Of a stretch of DNA of 64,000 nucleotides, positions 49,612 through 59,514 are shown in pieces. This DNA is from an uncultured Actinomycetota bacterium (GTDB lineage Bacteria > Actinomycetota > UBA4738 > HRBIN12): NCBI GenBank assembly GCA_963762745.1, contig CAVXMB010000007.1, positions 168,653 through 232,652 of the forward strand, given 5' to 3'. Under the pieces are notes generated by a model. That model was not told where the DNA came from. It worked only from the letters and a program-made list of their open reading frames with translations, and searched no databases. Positions within the stretch are counted from its first letter, which is position 1. Each line of letters starts with the position of its first letter. A program made the translations under genes and the position numbers.

Positions 49612-51386
49612 TGGTGAACCGGTCGGTCCGCATCGGCGCCGCGACGGGCATCGTGACGATCTTCCTCGCGCTCGTCGGCCTCATCGGCGGTTTCACCGAC
49701 GTGTACCTGATCGGCGACGAGGTCTCGTTCGCCGCCTTGATGCTCCTCCTTCCCGCGTTCGTCGCGGGCCTCGTGGCGGCGGCGCCTCGCGTCGAGGCAG
49801 GCGAGCGGCACGAGATGCGACCCTCGGAGGCGGCCGTGGCCGCCGTCGTTGCCGGCGCCGCCGCGGGAGCCACGTTCGCGATCGCCGTCGTCCTCGCGGA
49901 CTGGATCGGGGACGAGCGTATCCGTGCGGTCTTCCTCAACGTCACGCCCCAATTGATGGAGTTCGTCACCTTCGGCCAAGCGACGGTGCTCGGTGCCGTG
50001 GCGATCGTCGCGACCTCGGCCGCGGCGGGGATCCTCGGGGGGGTCCTGCGGGTATCCCCGGGGCTTGTCCGCCGCCCGGTGACGGCGGCGCTCACGACGA
50101 TCGTGGGGTTCGGCGTCCTCCAGCGCGTCATCCCGATCGCGCTCGACCAGCTCAAGCTCGAGCGGGACTGGCTCTACAGCCTGCAGTTCGACGGTCTCAC
50201 CTGGATCGGCGCGCTCGTCGTCGCGGTGGTCGCCGCCGGGATCAGCGTCCTGAGCACCCGGTACGGCGCACGGCTTCGCGGAAGCGTCGCGAGGGTCGGC
50301 GGATCCGGCGGGCCGATGATCAGCCCCATGCGTCTGCTTGTCGGGGCGATCGCGCTCGCCCTGCTGATCGCCGCACCGTTACTCCTCGGATCGGTGATCT
50401 CCGAGGTCCTGGGCACGGTGATGGTGTTCGCCCTCCTCGGCATCGGGCTCAACATCGTCGTCGGCTACGCGGGCCTGCTGGACCTCGGCTACGTCTTCTT
50501 CTTCGCGCTCGGCGCCTACTCGCTCGCGTTGCTCACGGGCGCCACGCTGAACGCCTTCGGCATCCCGCCGGAGCCCGTGATCTCCGGGAGCCTGAACTTC
50601 TACGTCGCGATCCCGATCGTGATGGTGATCGCTGCCGCTGCGGGGGTCCTGGTCGGCGCTCCGGTGCTTCGGCTGCGTGGCGACTACCTCGCGCTGGTGA
50701 CGCTCGGCCTCGGCGAGATGGTCACCGTGCTGGTCGGCAGCCCGTGGCTCGTGCCCCTCGTGGGCGGGCCGAGCGGGATGCGCGGCATCACGGATGCAGC
50801 GATCGGCGGACTCGCGTTCCGCGAACCGCAACGCTTCTACTACCTCGCTCTCGCGTTCGTGGGCCTGGCCGCGTTCGTCTCCTGGCGGCTCTCCGCCTCA
50901 CGGATCGGGCGAGCCTGGACCGCGATGCGGGAAGACGAGCAGACCGCCGATGCGATGGGGATCAGCACGACCCGCTTCAAGCTGCTCGCCTTCGCGATCG
51001 GCGGTGCGATCGGCTCGCTCGGAGGGGCGCTCTTCGCCGTCAAGATCGGATCCCTCACCCCGGCGAGCTTCCAGGTCATCGTCTCGATCCAGGTGCTCGG
51101 TCTGGTGATCCTCGGCGGGATGGGAAGCATCCCCGGGGTGCTCGTCGGGGCGCTCGTGCTGGTGGGGCTGCCGGGCCTGCTGCGTGAGTTCGAGGAGTAC
51201 CGCTTCCTCGCCTACGGAGCGGCCGTCGTCGCCATCATGGTGCTCCGCCCGCAGGGTCTTGTGCCGAACGTTCGGCGGACCCGGGAGCTGCAGGACGAGG
51301 AGCGAGCCCAGGACGAATGGGCGAAAGCCCTGGAGGAGGGGGAGACCCCTCCCGACATCGCGACCGCGACGGGAGCCACGACATGA
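49611..51386 (+). CDS. livM: branched-chain amino acid ABC transporter permease LivM with a long N-terminal membrane extension
   Basis: The C-terminal roughly 330 aa form a LivM core (GYAGLLDLGYVFFFALGAYS...). The N-terminal roughly 260 aa form an additional multi-transmembrane domain. The ATG overlaps the livH stop (TGATG). Confidence 0.8.
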   Translation: MVNRSVRIGAATGIVTIFLALVGLIGGFTDVYLIGDEVSFAALMLLLPAFVAGLVAAAPRVEAGERHEMRPSEAAVAAVVAGAAAGATFAIAVVLADWIGDERIRAVFLNVTPQLMEFVTFGQATVLGAVAIVATSAAAGILGGVLRVSPGLVRRPVTAALTTIVGFGVLQRVIPIALDQLKLERDWLYSLQFDGLTWIGALVVAVVAAGISVLSTRYGARLRGSVARVGGSGGPMISPMRLLVGAIALALLIAAPLLLGSVISEVLGTVMVFALLGIGLNIVVGYAGLLDLGYVFFFALGAYSLALLTGATLNAFGIPPEPVISGSLNFYVAIPIVMVIAAAAGVLVGAPVLRLRGDYLALVTLGLGEMVTVLVGSPWLVPLVGGPSGMRGITDAAIGGLAFREPQRFYYLALAFVGLAAFVSWRLSASRIGRAWTAMREDEQTADAMGISTTRFKLLAFAIGGAIGSLGGALFAVKIGSLTPASFQVIVSIQVLGLVILGGMGSIPGVLVGALVLVGLPGLLREFEEYRFLAYGAAVVAIMVLRPQGLVPNVRRTRELQDEERAQDEWAKALEEGETPPDIATATGATT

Positions 51387-52192
51387 GCGAGCCGGCGCCG
51401 GTCGCGAGGACCGATGCGGTCCTGGAGGTGCGCGGTCTCGAGAAGCACTTCGGAGGGCTCTACGCGCTCTCCGGCCTGGACATGGACGTCCGGCCGGGCG
51501 AGATCGTGTCCGTGATCGGCCCGAACGGCGCGGGGAAGAGCACGCTGTTCAACGTGATCACCGGGATCTACGAACCGGACGCCGGCGACATCACCTACGA
51601 CGGCGTGAGCATCGTGGGCCTCCGACCGCACCAGGTCGTGAAACTCGGGATCGCGCGGACGTTCCAGAACGTCCGCCTGTTCGCGAACATGACGATCCTG
51701 GAGAACGCGATGGTCGGGCAGCACTGCCGGAGCCGCGGAGGGGTGTTCGGATCGATCCTCCGGACGCCGGGGATCCGTGCCGAGGAAGAGCGGATCCGAG
51801 AGCGGGCGAAGGAAGCGCTGAGCTTCTTCGGCAAGCGGCTGTCCGGCTACCGCTTGGAGCAGCCGGCGTTCTCGCTCTCGTACGCCAACCGCCGCCGGCT
51901 GGAGATGGCCCGCGCGCTCGCCACGGATCCGAAGCTGCTTCTGCTCGACGAGCCGACGGCCGGCATGAACCCGCGGGAGACCTTGGAGCTCCGCGATCAC
52001 ATCGTTCGGATGCGCGACGAGCTCGGACTGACGGTGATCGTGATCGAACATGACATGCGGGTCGTCAAGGGCGTGTCCGACCGCGTGATCGCGTGCGACT
52101 ACGGGCAGAAGATCGCCGAGGGCACGTACGACGAGGTCGCTCACGATGAACGGGTGGTCGAGGCATATCTCGGCACGAAGGCGGCCGGATGA
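51383..52192 (+). CDS. livG: branched-chain amino acid ABC transporter ATP-binding protein LivG
   Basis: Walker A GPNGAGKST, an ABC signature and an ATGA overlap with livM. Confidence 0.9.
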   Translation: MSEPAPVARTDAVLEVRGLEKHFGGLYALSGLDMDVRPGEIVSVIGPNGAGKSTLFNVITGIYEPDAGDITYDGVSIVGLRPHQVVKLGIARTFQNVRLFANMTILENAMVGQHCRSRGGVFGSILRTPGIRAEEERIRERAKEALSFFGKRLSGYRLEQPAFSLSYANRRRLEMARALATDPKLLLLDEPTAGMNPRETLELRDHIVRMRDELGLTVIVIEHDMRVVKGVSDRVIACDYGQKIAEGTYDEVAHDERVVEAYLGTKAAG

Positions 52193-52950
52193 CGGACGAC
52201 GGCACGAACGCGACCGACGCGAGCGGGGACGGTCGCGCGCCGGTCCTCGAGCTCCGGAACGTCAGCACGCACTACGGTCTGGTCGCGGTGCTTCGCGACG
52301 TCGACATGCAGATCTACGCAGGTGAGATGGTCTGTCTCCTCGGCGGCAACGCCAGCGGGAAGACGACCACGCTCAAGACGATCCTGGGATACGTCTCGCC
52401 CTCCGAGGGCGAGGTGGTGCTGGACGGTCACGTCGTGTCGGGGCTCTCCACGACCGAGGTCGTGAAGCGCGGGGTCTCGATGGTCCCGGAGAACCGCCGG
52501 CTCTTCGCGGACATGACGGTGGACGAGAACCTTCGGCTCGGGGCGTACCTGCGGAAGGATCGCAAGGAGGTCGAGGAGACGAGGGAGACCGTCTTGCAGA
52601 CCTTCCCGAGGATCCGGGAGCGGCTCAAGCAGAAGGCGGGCACCCTGTCCGGGGGAGAGCAGCAGATGGTCGCGATGGGCCGGGCCCTGATGGCCGACCC
52701 GAAGATCCTGCTGATGGACGAACCCTCGATGGGACTCGCACCGATCCTGGTCGAGCAGGTCTTCGAGATCATCAAGAAGATCCGGGAGCTCGGGAAGACC
52801 GTGTTCGTCGTGGAGCAGAACGCGAACATGGCCCTGTCGATCGCGGATCGCGGCTACGTGATCCAGACGGGCCAGGTGGTGCTCGCGGACACCGCCGCGA
52901 ACCTCTTGCAGGATCCGTTGATGCGGGAGGCGTACCTGGGTGAGCTCTGA
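52189..52950 (+). CDS. livF: branched-chain amino acid ABC transporter ATP-binding protein LivF
   Basis: Walker A GGNASGKTT and the LSGGEQQM signature. Confidence 0.9.
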   Translation: MTDDGTNATDASGDGRAPVLELRNVSTHYGLVAVLRDVDMQIYAGEMVCLLGGNASGKTTTLKTILGYVSPSEGEVVLDGHVVSGLSTTEVVKRGVSMVPENRRLFADMTVDENLRLGAYLRKDRKEVEETRETVLQTFPRIRERLKQKAGTLSGGEQQMVAMGRALMADPKILLMDEPSMGLAPILVEQVFEIIKKIRELGKTVFVVEQNANMALSIADRGYVIQTGQVVLADTAANLLQDPLMREAYLGEL

Positions 52951-53869
52951 GCTCCGCGTCATCGGCGCGGAGGAGCTCCGCGTCCGGCTGCCGATGGCCG
53001 CCGCCGTGGATGCGCTGGAGGAAGCCTTCCGAACCGAGGAGCCGGGGAGCGGTCCGCTCCGAACCCATGTCGAGACACCCGCCGGCACGTTGCTGCTGAT
53101 GCCTGCGACCGGCGAGGCCGGCGTCGGCGTGAAGCTCGTCTCCCTCACCCCGTCCAACCGGGATCGAGGTCTCCCCTTCATCCATGCGATCTACGTGCTC
53201 TTCGATGCCGAGACCCAAGCGCCCAAGGCCGTGCTCGACGGCTCGGCGCTGACCGCGCTTCGGACGGCGGCGGTCTCCGCGCTCGCCACCCGCTCTTTGA
53301 GCGGGGTGGACGCGCACCGCCTCGTCCTCTTCGGGGCGGGGGTGCAAGCGAGGTCGCACCTCGACGCGATGTGCGCGGTCCGGCCGGTCACCGACCTGGT
53401 GGTCGTCTCACGGTCGCCCGGACCGGCCGATGCGCTCGTGGCCGAGGGCCTCCGCCGCGGTCTGTCGGCCCGACGGGGGGAGCCCGACGCCGTCGGCGAG
53501 GCGGATCTCGTGTGCACGTGCACCACGGCGGATGACCCCCTGTTCGCCGGCTCGTCGCTCGCGCCCGGAGCCCACGTCAACGCGGTCGGCTCGTATCGGC
53601 CCGAGACCCGTGAGGTCGACTCCGAGACCGTGCGCCGCTCGAAGGTCGTCGTGGAGACGAGAGAGGTCGCCCTCGCAGAAGCGGGCGACCTCCTCATCCC
53701 GATCGCGGAGGGGGTCGTCCAGGCCGGCCACATCGTGGCCGACCTGGCCGAGACGGTCCGGGGTGCCCAGGTCCGACGATCACCGGCGGACATCACGCTC
53801 TTCAAGAGCGTGGGGATGGGTTTCGAGGATCTGGTCGTCGCCCGGGCAGTCGTGGACGCCGAGCGGTGA
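52940..53869 (+). CDS. ornithine cyclodeaminase/mu-crystallin family NAD(P)-dependent enzyme
   Basis: OCD/mu-crystallin fold (LVLFGAGVQARSHLDAM Rossmann motif). The GTG start overlaps the livF stop, suggesting cotranscription with the liv transporter. Confidence 0.8.
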   Translation: MSSELRVIGAEELRVRLPMAAAVDALEEAFRTEEPGSGPLRTHVETPAGTLLLMPATGEAGVGVKLVSLTPSNRDRGLPFIHAIYVLFDAETQAPKAVLDGSALTALRTAAVSALATRSLSGVDAHRLVLFGAGVQARSHLDAMCAVRPVTDLVVVSRSPGPADALVAEGLRRGLSARRGEPDAVGEADLVCTCTTADDPLFAGSSLAPGAHVNAVGSYRPETREVDSETVRRSKVVVETREVALAEAGDLLIPIAEGVVQAGHIVADLAETVRGAQVRRSPADITLFKSVGMGFEDLVVARAVVDAER

Positions 53870-53900
53870 CGCTCCTCCCTCGCTTCTGCGGTTGGCCTCG

Positions 53901-54056
53901 CTACCTCCGCCTTCGGGCGAGGACGATCACGACCACGATGATGACGATGAGGACGAGCGAGCCTCCGGTCAGGAGGTTGTCGTTGCCGGAGTTCCCCGCG
54001 TCTTCGCACGCCGTGAGGAGCGCGGCGAACGGCGCGAGCATCAGGAGCCTTCTCAT
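53901..54056 (-). CDS. small putative lipoprotein/membrane peptide (51 aa), not in the ORF track
   Basis: ATG with a strong SD (GAAGGAGGGAAGG). Protein: MRRLLMLAPFAALLTACEDAGNSGNDNLLTGGSLVLIVIIVVVIVLARRRR*. It has a signal peptide with lipobox LLTAC and a C-terminal transmembrane anchor. GC3 is high. Confidence 0.5.
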   Translation of the reverse strand: MRRLLMLAPFAALLTACEDAGNSGNDNLLTGGSLVLIVIIVVVIVLARRRR

Positions 54057-54208
54057 GCCTTCCCTCCTTCGTCGGGATCAGCACTGCCCACGCCCCTTAC
54101 CCGAGAGCCCGACGGGAGACACCCACCCGACGCAGGATGGATGGGAGGGCTCCTCGTGCTCGGGTCCATCGACGCCGTCCCCCGCAGGGCGTCCGCGGGC
54201 GTTCGTGG

Positions 54209-54295
54209 TGGTGCCGGGAGAGGGGATCGAACCCTCACGGGCCGAAGCCCACGGGTTTTTGAGACCCGCGCGTCTACCGATTCCGCCATCCCGGC
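54209..54295 (-). tRNA. tRNA-Leu (anticodon CAA), class II with a long variable arm, CCA encoded
   Basis: Manual fold: 7-bp acceptor stem GCCGGGA/UCCCGGC; anticodon stem-loop CGGGU-CUCAAAA-ACCCG; variable-arm hairpin GGGC-UUCG-GCCC; T-arm GAGGG-UUCGAUC-CCCUC; 3' ACCA. Confidence 0.9.
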
Positions 54296-54354
54296 TGAGC
54301 GGCTCTAGGGTAGCGGCCGGCGGGCCGCGAGCCGGGCTCGTCGCCCTGCTTCTC

Positions 54355-55443
54355 ATGGTGGCTGCCGGATGCACGACCGAGACCTCGTCGCCGCCGAACG
54401 GTCCCACCATCGCCTATCTCTTCGACGGTGCGCCCGCCGACGCCGACCTCGTGTCGTCGCCCGCGCTCGGCGGGCTGGAGCTCGCGGCGCGCGAAGCGGG
54501 ACACGTCGAGATCGAGCCCGTGGACGTCGGCGTCGGCCACGACGAGGCCATGGCATCGCTCAGCGCGCTGGGGGAGGACCGTGACGTCGTGGCCGCGGTC
54601 ATCGCCCCGTGGACGGCTCCTCCTGCGGGTGCGATCGAGCTGCTCGCCGACGACGGCGTCCCCGTCGTCTCGTTCTCATGGGCGTGGGGTCCTCCCGATG
54701 AGGACGGGGGGCTCTGGATCTCGTTCGCGGCGGACCGGGCTCGTGAGGCGGTGATCCTGCTGTCGGCGGCGAAGGACCTCGTCCCCGACGGCGCTTCGCT
54801 CTGCCTCGCGGGCGACGACGACGTCACCAGCCGGGCTCTCATCCTCACGGCGGCGGAGCTGGGTGAGGCCACCGGCGACCCGGAGCTCGAGCTGCCCGGC
54901 GTCGCGAGCGAGCGGGCGGCGACCGCCGACGCGGTCGCCGCCCGCATCCGTGACGCTCGCTGCCCGATCCTCGTCTGGATCGGGAGCGCGACGAACCTCG
55001 ACCCGGTGGTGTCCTCGATCGAGGATCCACCGTCGATCGTCGGGTCGTCGAGGATGAAGACTGACGGCGGCCTCGCGGTGGCGTCGTCCGGGGTCGCCGT
55101 ACGCACGGTCTGTGCGTGCGTGGATGTCTCCCTGTCGACCGAACCGAGGTCGCAACGGTTCGTGCACGACCTCCAATCGGAGAGCGGGGCACCGCCGGGA
55201 CCGTTCGCGGTGGAGGCGTACGACGCCGGGCGATTGTTGATCGGGCTCATCGAGGGCGAGCGCGGGACGAGGGAGGCGCTCGCCGGAGCACTCGAGGGCC
55301 TCACCCGGTTCTCGGGACTGGTGGAGACGTACACCTTCGACGCCTCGGCGTCTCGAGCACCCGCGCCACCGGACGCGGGGGTCTGGAGCGCCGCCGGCTC
55401 ACGGTGGCTCCCCGAACCGTCGCCGTCCGGCCTCCCGGCGTGA
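54355..55443 (+). CDS. putative lipoprotein (periplasmic-binding-protein-like); the true start is unresolved
   Basis: The in-frame upstream codons (from 54298) encode a lipoprotein signal peptide ...SRVAAGGPRAGLVALLLMVAAGC, but no ATG/GTG/TTG precedes the h-region and the frame runs into the tRNA. ATG 54355 is the first canonical start. Confidence 0.5.
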   Translation: MVAAGCTTETSSPPNGPTIAYLFDGAPADADLVSSPALGGLELAAREAGHVEIEPVDVGVGHDEAMASLSALGEDRDVVAAVIAPWTAPPAGAIELLADDGVPVVSFSWAWGPPDEDGGLWISFAADRAREAVILLSAAKDLVPDGASLCLAGDDDVTSRALILTAAELGEATGDPELELPGVASERAATADAVAARIRDARCPILVWIGSATNLDPVVSSIEDPPSIVGSSRMKTDGGLAVASSGVAVRTVCACVDVSLSTEPRSQRFVHDLQSESGAPPGPFAVEAYDAGRLLIGLIEGERGTREALAGALEGLTRFSGLVETYTFDASASRAPAPPDAGVWSAAGSRWLPEPSPSGLPA

Positions 55444-55534
55444 GTGCGTTGCCCTCTCGAGCGCTCCTGCCTATAGTCGCGGCCGAGGGCTGCGTGCTCG
55501 CCGACGCCGCTCGTCCATCGACCGAGGGGGAGAC

Positions 55535-56446
55535 ATGAGGCTTGGCTTCCGGAAGATGACCCTGCTGCTGGGGGTGCTGGCCCTGGTGGCGGCCGGCTGC
55601 GGAGAGGACACGCCGCCCGCCGGCGGCGGGACGCCGGACGGGGAGGAAACGGTCTGCGCCACGGCGGACATCGATGCGGGCGACCTGCTCGCGGAGATCT
55701 GCACCAACGAGGAGATCCGTGTGTCGACGGATCCCGCCTACCCGCCCCAGTCCGAGCTGAACGCGGACACCGGTGAGTACGAGGGCTTCGACATCGACGT
55801 CGCCACCGAGATCGCCGACAGACTGGGCGTCGAGGTGGCGTGGGAGACCCCGGACTGGGAGGTCCTCACGGCCGGCAGCTGGAACGATCGCTGGGATATG
55901 AGCGTCGGCTCGATGACCCCGACGAACGACCGCCAGGAGGTACTGAACTTCACGGAGCCATACTCCTACGTGCCCGCCGTGGTGGTCGTCCATGAGGACT
56001 CGAACGTCTCCGACATCGCCACCGAGCTGGACGGCTCGAAGATCGGGGTCTGCGCGGACTGCACGTATCAGTTCTTCTTGGAGAAGAGCCTCGAGATCTC
56101 AGGCTTCGAGTTCGACTTCGTGATCGACGACGCCAAGGTCCAGGGGTACGACACGGATACGACCGCCCTCCAGGACCTCGCACTGGGAGACGGCACCCGG
56201 CTCGACGCCGTGATGACCTCCTCGCCGACCGCGGTGGCGTTCGCCGAGGAGAACCCGGTGAAGATCGTCGGAGATCCGGTGTTCGGTGAACCCCTCGCGG
56301 TCGCGTTCGACAAGTCGTCGGAGCTCGACGGTGCGAGCCTCCAGACGGCGGTCGACGAGATCGTCGCCGCGATGCATGCGGACGGCACGCTCAGCCGGCT
56401 GTCGGAGAAGTGGTACGACGGCATCGACGTCACGAAGATCTCGTAA
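55535..56446 (+). CDS. polar amino acid ABC transporter substrate-binding lipoprotein (family 3 SBP)
   Basis: Lipobox LVAAGC and an SBP_bac_3 fold. A TATAGT -10-like element lies about 60 nt upstream. Confidence 0.85.
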   Translation: MRLGFRKMTLLLGVLALVAAGCGEDTPPAGGGTPDGEETVCATADIDAGDLLAEICTNEEIRVSTDPAYPPQSELNADTGEYEGFDIDVATEIADRLGVEVAWETPDWEVLTAGSWNDRWDMSVGSMTPTNDRQEVLNFTEPYSYVPAVVVVHEDSNVSDIATELDGSKIGVCADCTYQFFLEKSLEISGFEFDFVIDDAKVQGYDTDTTALQDLALGDGTRLDAVMTSSPTAVAFAEENPVKIVGDPVFGEPLAVAFDKSSELDGASLQTAVDEIVAAMHADGTLSRLSEKWYDGIDVTKIS

Positions 56447-56464
56447 GGCCGATCGCGGGCTGAG

Positions 56465-57547
56465 GTGACGACGCAGGACGCGACGGGGACCGGGGCGACC
56501 CGGTCCCCGGTCGTTCCTCCACAACGCAGGAGAGACCGGATCGCGCTCGCCAGCGCCGGCGTCTCCTTCTCGGTGAAAGTGGCGCTCGTCTGGCTCGCGA
56601 TCTTCGCGGTGCTCGGCTTCCTCTTCTGGTCCGCCTCGTTCGACAACGCGTGGATCAGGGAGCACATCGGCTTCATCGCACGCGGCCTCCTGTGGACGCT
56701 CATCATGGCGGCCGGTGGCATCGTGTTGGCGATCGCCCTCGCGCTCGTCGGGGCCTTGGGGCGGCTGTCCCGGAACCCGATCGCGTACGGCCTCAGTGGC
56801 TTCTACACGTCGTTCTTCCGAGGCACGCCGCTGATCGTGCAGCTGTTCCTCTTCTACCTGGCGATGCCGCAGACGGCCCAGAACCTGATCGACAAGTTCC
56901 CGAACTTCCTCCCGAGGTCCTTCGACGACTTCTTCACGTGGAGCTCGTTCCAGGTCGGGATCGTGGTGCTCGGCCTCAACTACGGCGCCTACATGACGGA
57001 GATCTTCCGCGCAGGGATCCAGTCGGTCAGCCACGGGCAGGCCGAGGCCGCGGATGCGCTCGGGATGACGTATCGGCAGAAGATGCGCCGGGTGGTGCTC
57101 CCGCAGGCCTTCCGGGTCGTGATCCCGCCCACGGGCAACGAGTTCATCGCGATGATGAAGGACACGGCGCTGATCTCGATCCTGGGTCAGGGGATCGAGA
57201 AGATGGAGCTGTTCCGCCGTGCCCAGCTCCTGGGGAACGCGGACGTGCGGCCCACGGAGGCGCTGGTCACGGCCGCGGCGCTCTATTGGGCCCTGACCGT
57301 CGTCTTCACGTTCTTCCAGCGGCGCCTGGAGCGCCGGGTGAGCAAGGGATACGTCCGCACCGTCGCCGGAGGCCCGAAGGCCCGTGAACGCGGGAAGGTC
57401 ATCGTGACGGGCACGGGAGGCAGCGACCGAGGCGGGGCGAGTGGCTACGTGCTGGATGCCCCAGACGGACCCCTCGATGTGGGCGGCCATGCCCACGGCG
57501 CGGCGCTCCCGACCGCTCCCGATCCCCCACCGGAGGATCCGTCTTGA
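56465..57547 (+). CDS. polar amino acid ABC transporter permease (HisMQ/GlnP family)
   Basis: EAA loop region ...[33 protein letters not shown]. Confidence 0.85.
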   Translation: MTTQDATGTGATRSPVVPPQRRRDRIALASAGVSFSVKVALVWLAIFAVLGFLFWSASFDNAWIREHIGFIARGLLWTLIMAAGGIVLAIALALVGALGRLSRNPIAYGLSGFYTSFFRGTPLIVQLFLFYLAMPQTAQNLIDKFPNFLPRSFDDFFTWSSFQVGIVVLGLNYGAYMTEIFRAGIQSVSHGQAEAADALGMTYRQKMRRVVLPQAFRVVIPPTGNEFIAMMKDTALISILGQGIEKMELFRRAQLLGNADVRPTEALVTAAALYWALTVVFTFFQRRLERRVSKGYVRTVAGGPKARERGKVIVTGTGGSDRGGASGYVLDAPDGPLDVGGHAHGAALPTAPDPPPEDPS

Positions 57548-58311
57548 CGCCCGCCGGAAGGGACGCCGTCGTCCGGGTGGAGGACCTCCACAAGTCCTTC
57601 GGGAACCTCGAGGTGCTGAAGGGGATCGACATGGAGGTGGCCGAGGGAGAGGTGGTCGTGATCTTCGGCCGTTCGGGCTCGGGGAAGTCCACGCTCCTCC
57701 GCTGCATCAACTTCCTCGAAGAACCGAGCGAGGGCATTATCGAGGTGTCGGGCCTCCGGATCGAAGGCGGCCATCGGATCCATTCCAAGCGCGAGCAGAT
57801 CAGGAAGCTCCGGACCCGGTGCGGGATGGTCTTCCAGCAGTTCAACCTCTTCCCGCATATGACGGCGCTCGGGAACGTGATGGAGGGGCCGGTCACCGTG
57901 AAGGGCGTCGAGGAGGATCGCGCGCACGCCATCGCGATGGAGATGCTCAGTAAGGTCGGGCTCTCGGACAAGGCGGAGGAATACCCGATCCGTCTCTCGG
58001 GAGGACAGCAGCAACGCGTCGCGATCGCCCGCGCGCTCGCGATGGAGCCCGACGTGATGATGTTCGACGAGCCGACGTCGGCTCTGGACCCGGAGCTGAT
58101 CGGTGAGGTCCTCGGAGTGATGAAAGCCCTCGCGGGGGAGATGCACATGACGATGATGGTCGTCACCCACGAGATGGGGTTCGCCCGCGAGGTGGCCAAC
58201 CGCATGGCGTTCTTCCACGAAGGCAAGATCCTCGAGGAGGGCACCCCGGACGAGATCTTCGGCGCGACCCGTTCCTCCGAGATGCGCCGGTTCCTCGACG
58301 CCGTCTTGTGA
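57544..58311 (+). CDS. polar amino acid ABC transporter ATP-binding protein (GlnQ-like)
   Basis: Walker [10 protein letters not shown], the [15 protein letters not shown] signature and Walker [12 protein letters not shown]. Confidence 0.9.
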   Translation: MTPAGRDAVVRVEDLHKSFGNLEVLKGIDMEVAEGEVVVIFGRSGSGKSTLLRCINFLEEPSEGIIEVSGLRIEGGHRIHSKREQIRKLRTRCGMVFQQFNLFPHMTALGNVMEGPVTVKGVEEDRAHAIAMEMLSKVGLSDKAEEYPIRLSGGQQQRVAIARALAMEPDVMMFDEPTSALDPELIGEVLGVMKALAGEMHMTMMVVTHEMGFAREVANRMAFFHEGKILEEGTPDEIFGATRSSEMRRFLDAVL

Positions 58312-58433
58312 GGGTGCGGAACGGCGACGGGCCGCGCCCCCCGATCCGCGGCGCTCGCGCCTTCCCCATACGCGAGCGTCTCATCTCGGTGACGCGGCCC
58401 GTCACACTCGGTCTCTTCGAACCGCCACCTCGA

Positions 58434-58451
58434 TCGGTCGGAACCGACCGA
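58434..58451. terminator. short hairpin TCGGTCG-gaac-CGACCGA in the convergent ABC-ATPase/FTR1 spacer
   Basis: 7-bp stem; a second inverted repeat GTGAC-N7-GTCAC lies at 58389-58405. Candidate bidirectional terminator region. Confidence 0.25.
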
Positions 58452-58620
58452 GGCTCGCGTCTCGTTGAGAACCGTCGCGGACTGTAAATGGGAGGTTGAG
58501 GGATGTCAACCCGAGGACGAGCCGGCCAGAGTCGCTGCGTCGCACCAACGCGGCTTCATCCCTGCAGGTAGTGGCCTCGGAAGAAGAGTGACACGTTCGC
58601 GGATCGAACTCACGGTCCGG

Positions 58621-59514
58621 CTAGCGGGACGCGTCGGTTTCGATGTGTGTCGGAGTGCGTCCCGAAGTCTCGTGTTCGGGTCGAGACTTCGTCCCCGGCA
58701 CGTTCGGCGTCCTCAGGAAGAAGCCACCGACCACCACGAGGTACGCGGCCCAGCCGACGACTTCGAGCCACGTCGGATCCGCGTTGTAGCCGACGAGTCC
58801 TCGGAGGATCGCGCCAACGCCCTGATCGTCCGGCAGTGTCGCGGACAGGTCGAACGCATGGGTTTCCAGGAACGGCAGCCAGCCCGCCTCCTGCAGCTCG
58901 TGGAGCGAATACGCGAACAGCCCGGCGGCGACGACGATCAGGATCAAGCCGGTCACCCGGAAGAACGACCGCAGGTTCATGCGGATGCCCCCGCGGTAGA
59001 GCAGGACGCCGAGGATCACCGCCAAGGCGAGACCGAGGACGGCTCCGGTCACCTGCGCGGCGGGGGCGACCGCCGTTCCCTCGACGGCCGTTCCCTTCGC
59101 GGCGGCGAACAGGAAGAGCGCGGTCTCGATGCCTTCTCGGAGCACCGCGAAGAACGCGAGACCGGCGAGCGCGAGGCCACCCGCGACGAGCGCGGTGTCG
59201 ACCTTCTCCTGCAACTCGGACTTGATGCGCGCACCCTGGCGTCGCATCCAGAAGATCATCCAGGTCAGCACACCGACGGCGGCGAGCGTGACCAGCCCTT
59301 CGAAGACCTCCTCCGCCTCGCCCTCGAACTCGGCGCCCGCGATGAAGATCGCGGTACCCACGGCTGCACTCAACACGACGGCGAACCCGGTGCCCCACCA
59401 CACGAGACGGGAACGGTCGGACGCGCCCAGCTGCTTGAGATACGCGAGGACGATCGAAACGATCAGCGCGGCCTCGATGCCCTCGCGGAGGGCGATCACG
59501 AACGATGCTCCCAT
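58621..59514 (-). CDS. FTR1-family high-affinity iron permease
   Basis: Two REGxE iron-binding motifs (REGIEAAL and REGIETAL) in a 7-transmembrane protein. Confidence 0.85.
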   Translation of the reverse strand: MGASFVIALREGIEAALIVSIVLAYLKQLGASDRSRLVWWGTGFAVVLSAAVGTAIFIAGAEFEGEAEEVFEGLVTLAAVGVLTWMIFWMRRQGARIKSELQEKVDTALVAGGLALAGLAFFAVLREGIETALFLFAAAKGTAVEGTAVAPAAQVTGAVLGLALAVILGVLLYRGGIRMNLRSFFRVTGLILIVVAAGLFAYSLHELQEAGWLPFLETHAFDLSATLPDDQGVGAILRGLVGYNADPTWLEVVGWAAYLVVVGGFFLRTPNVPGTKSRPEHETSGRTPTHIETDASR

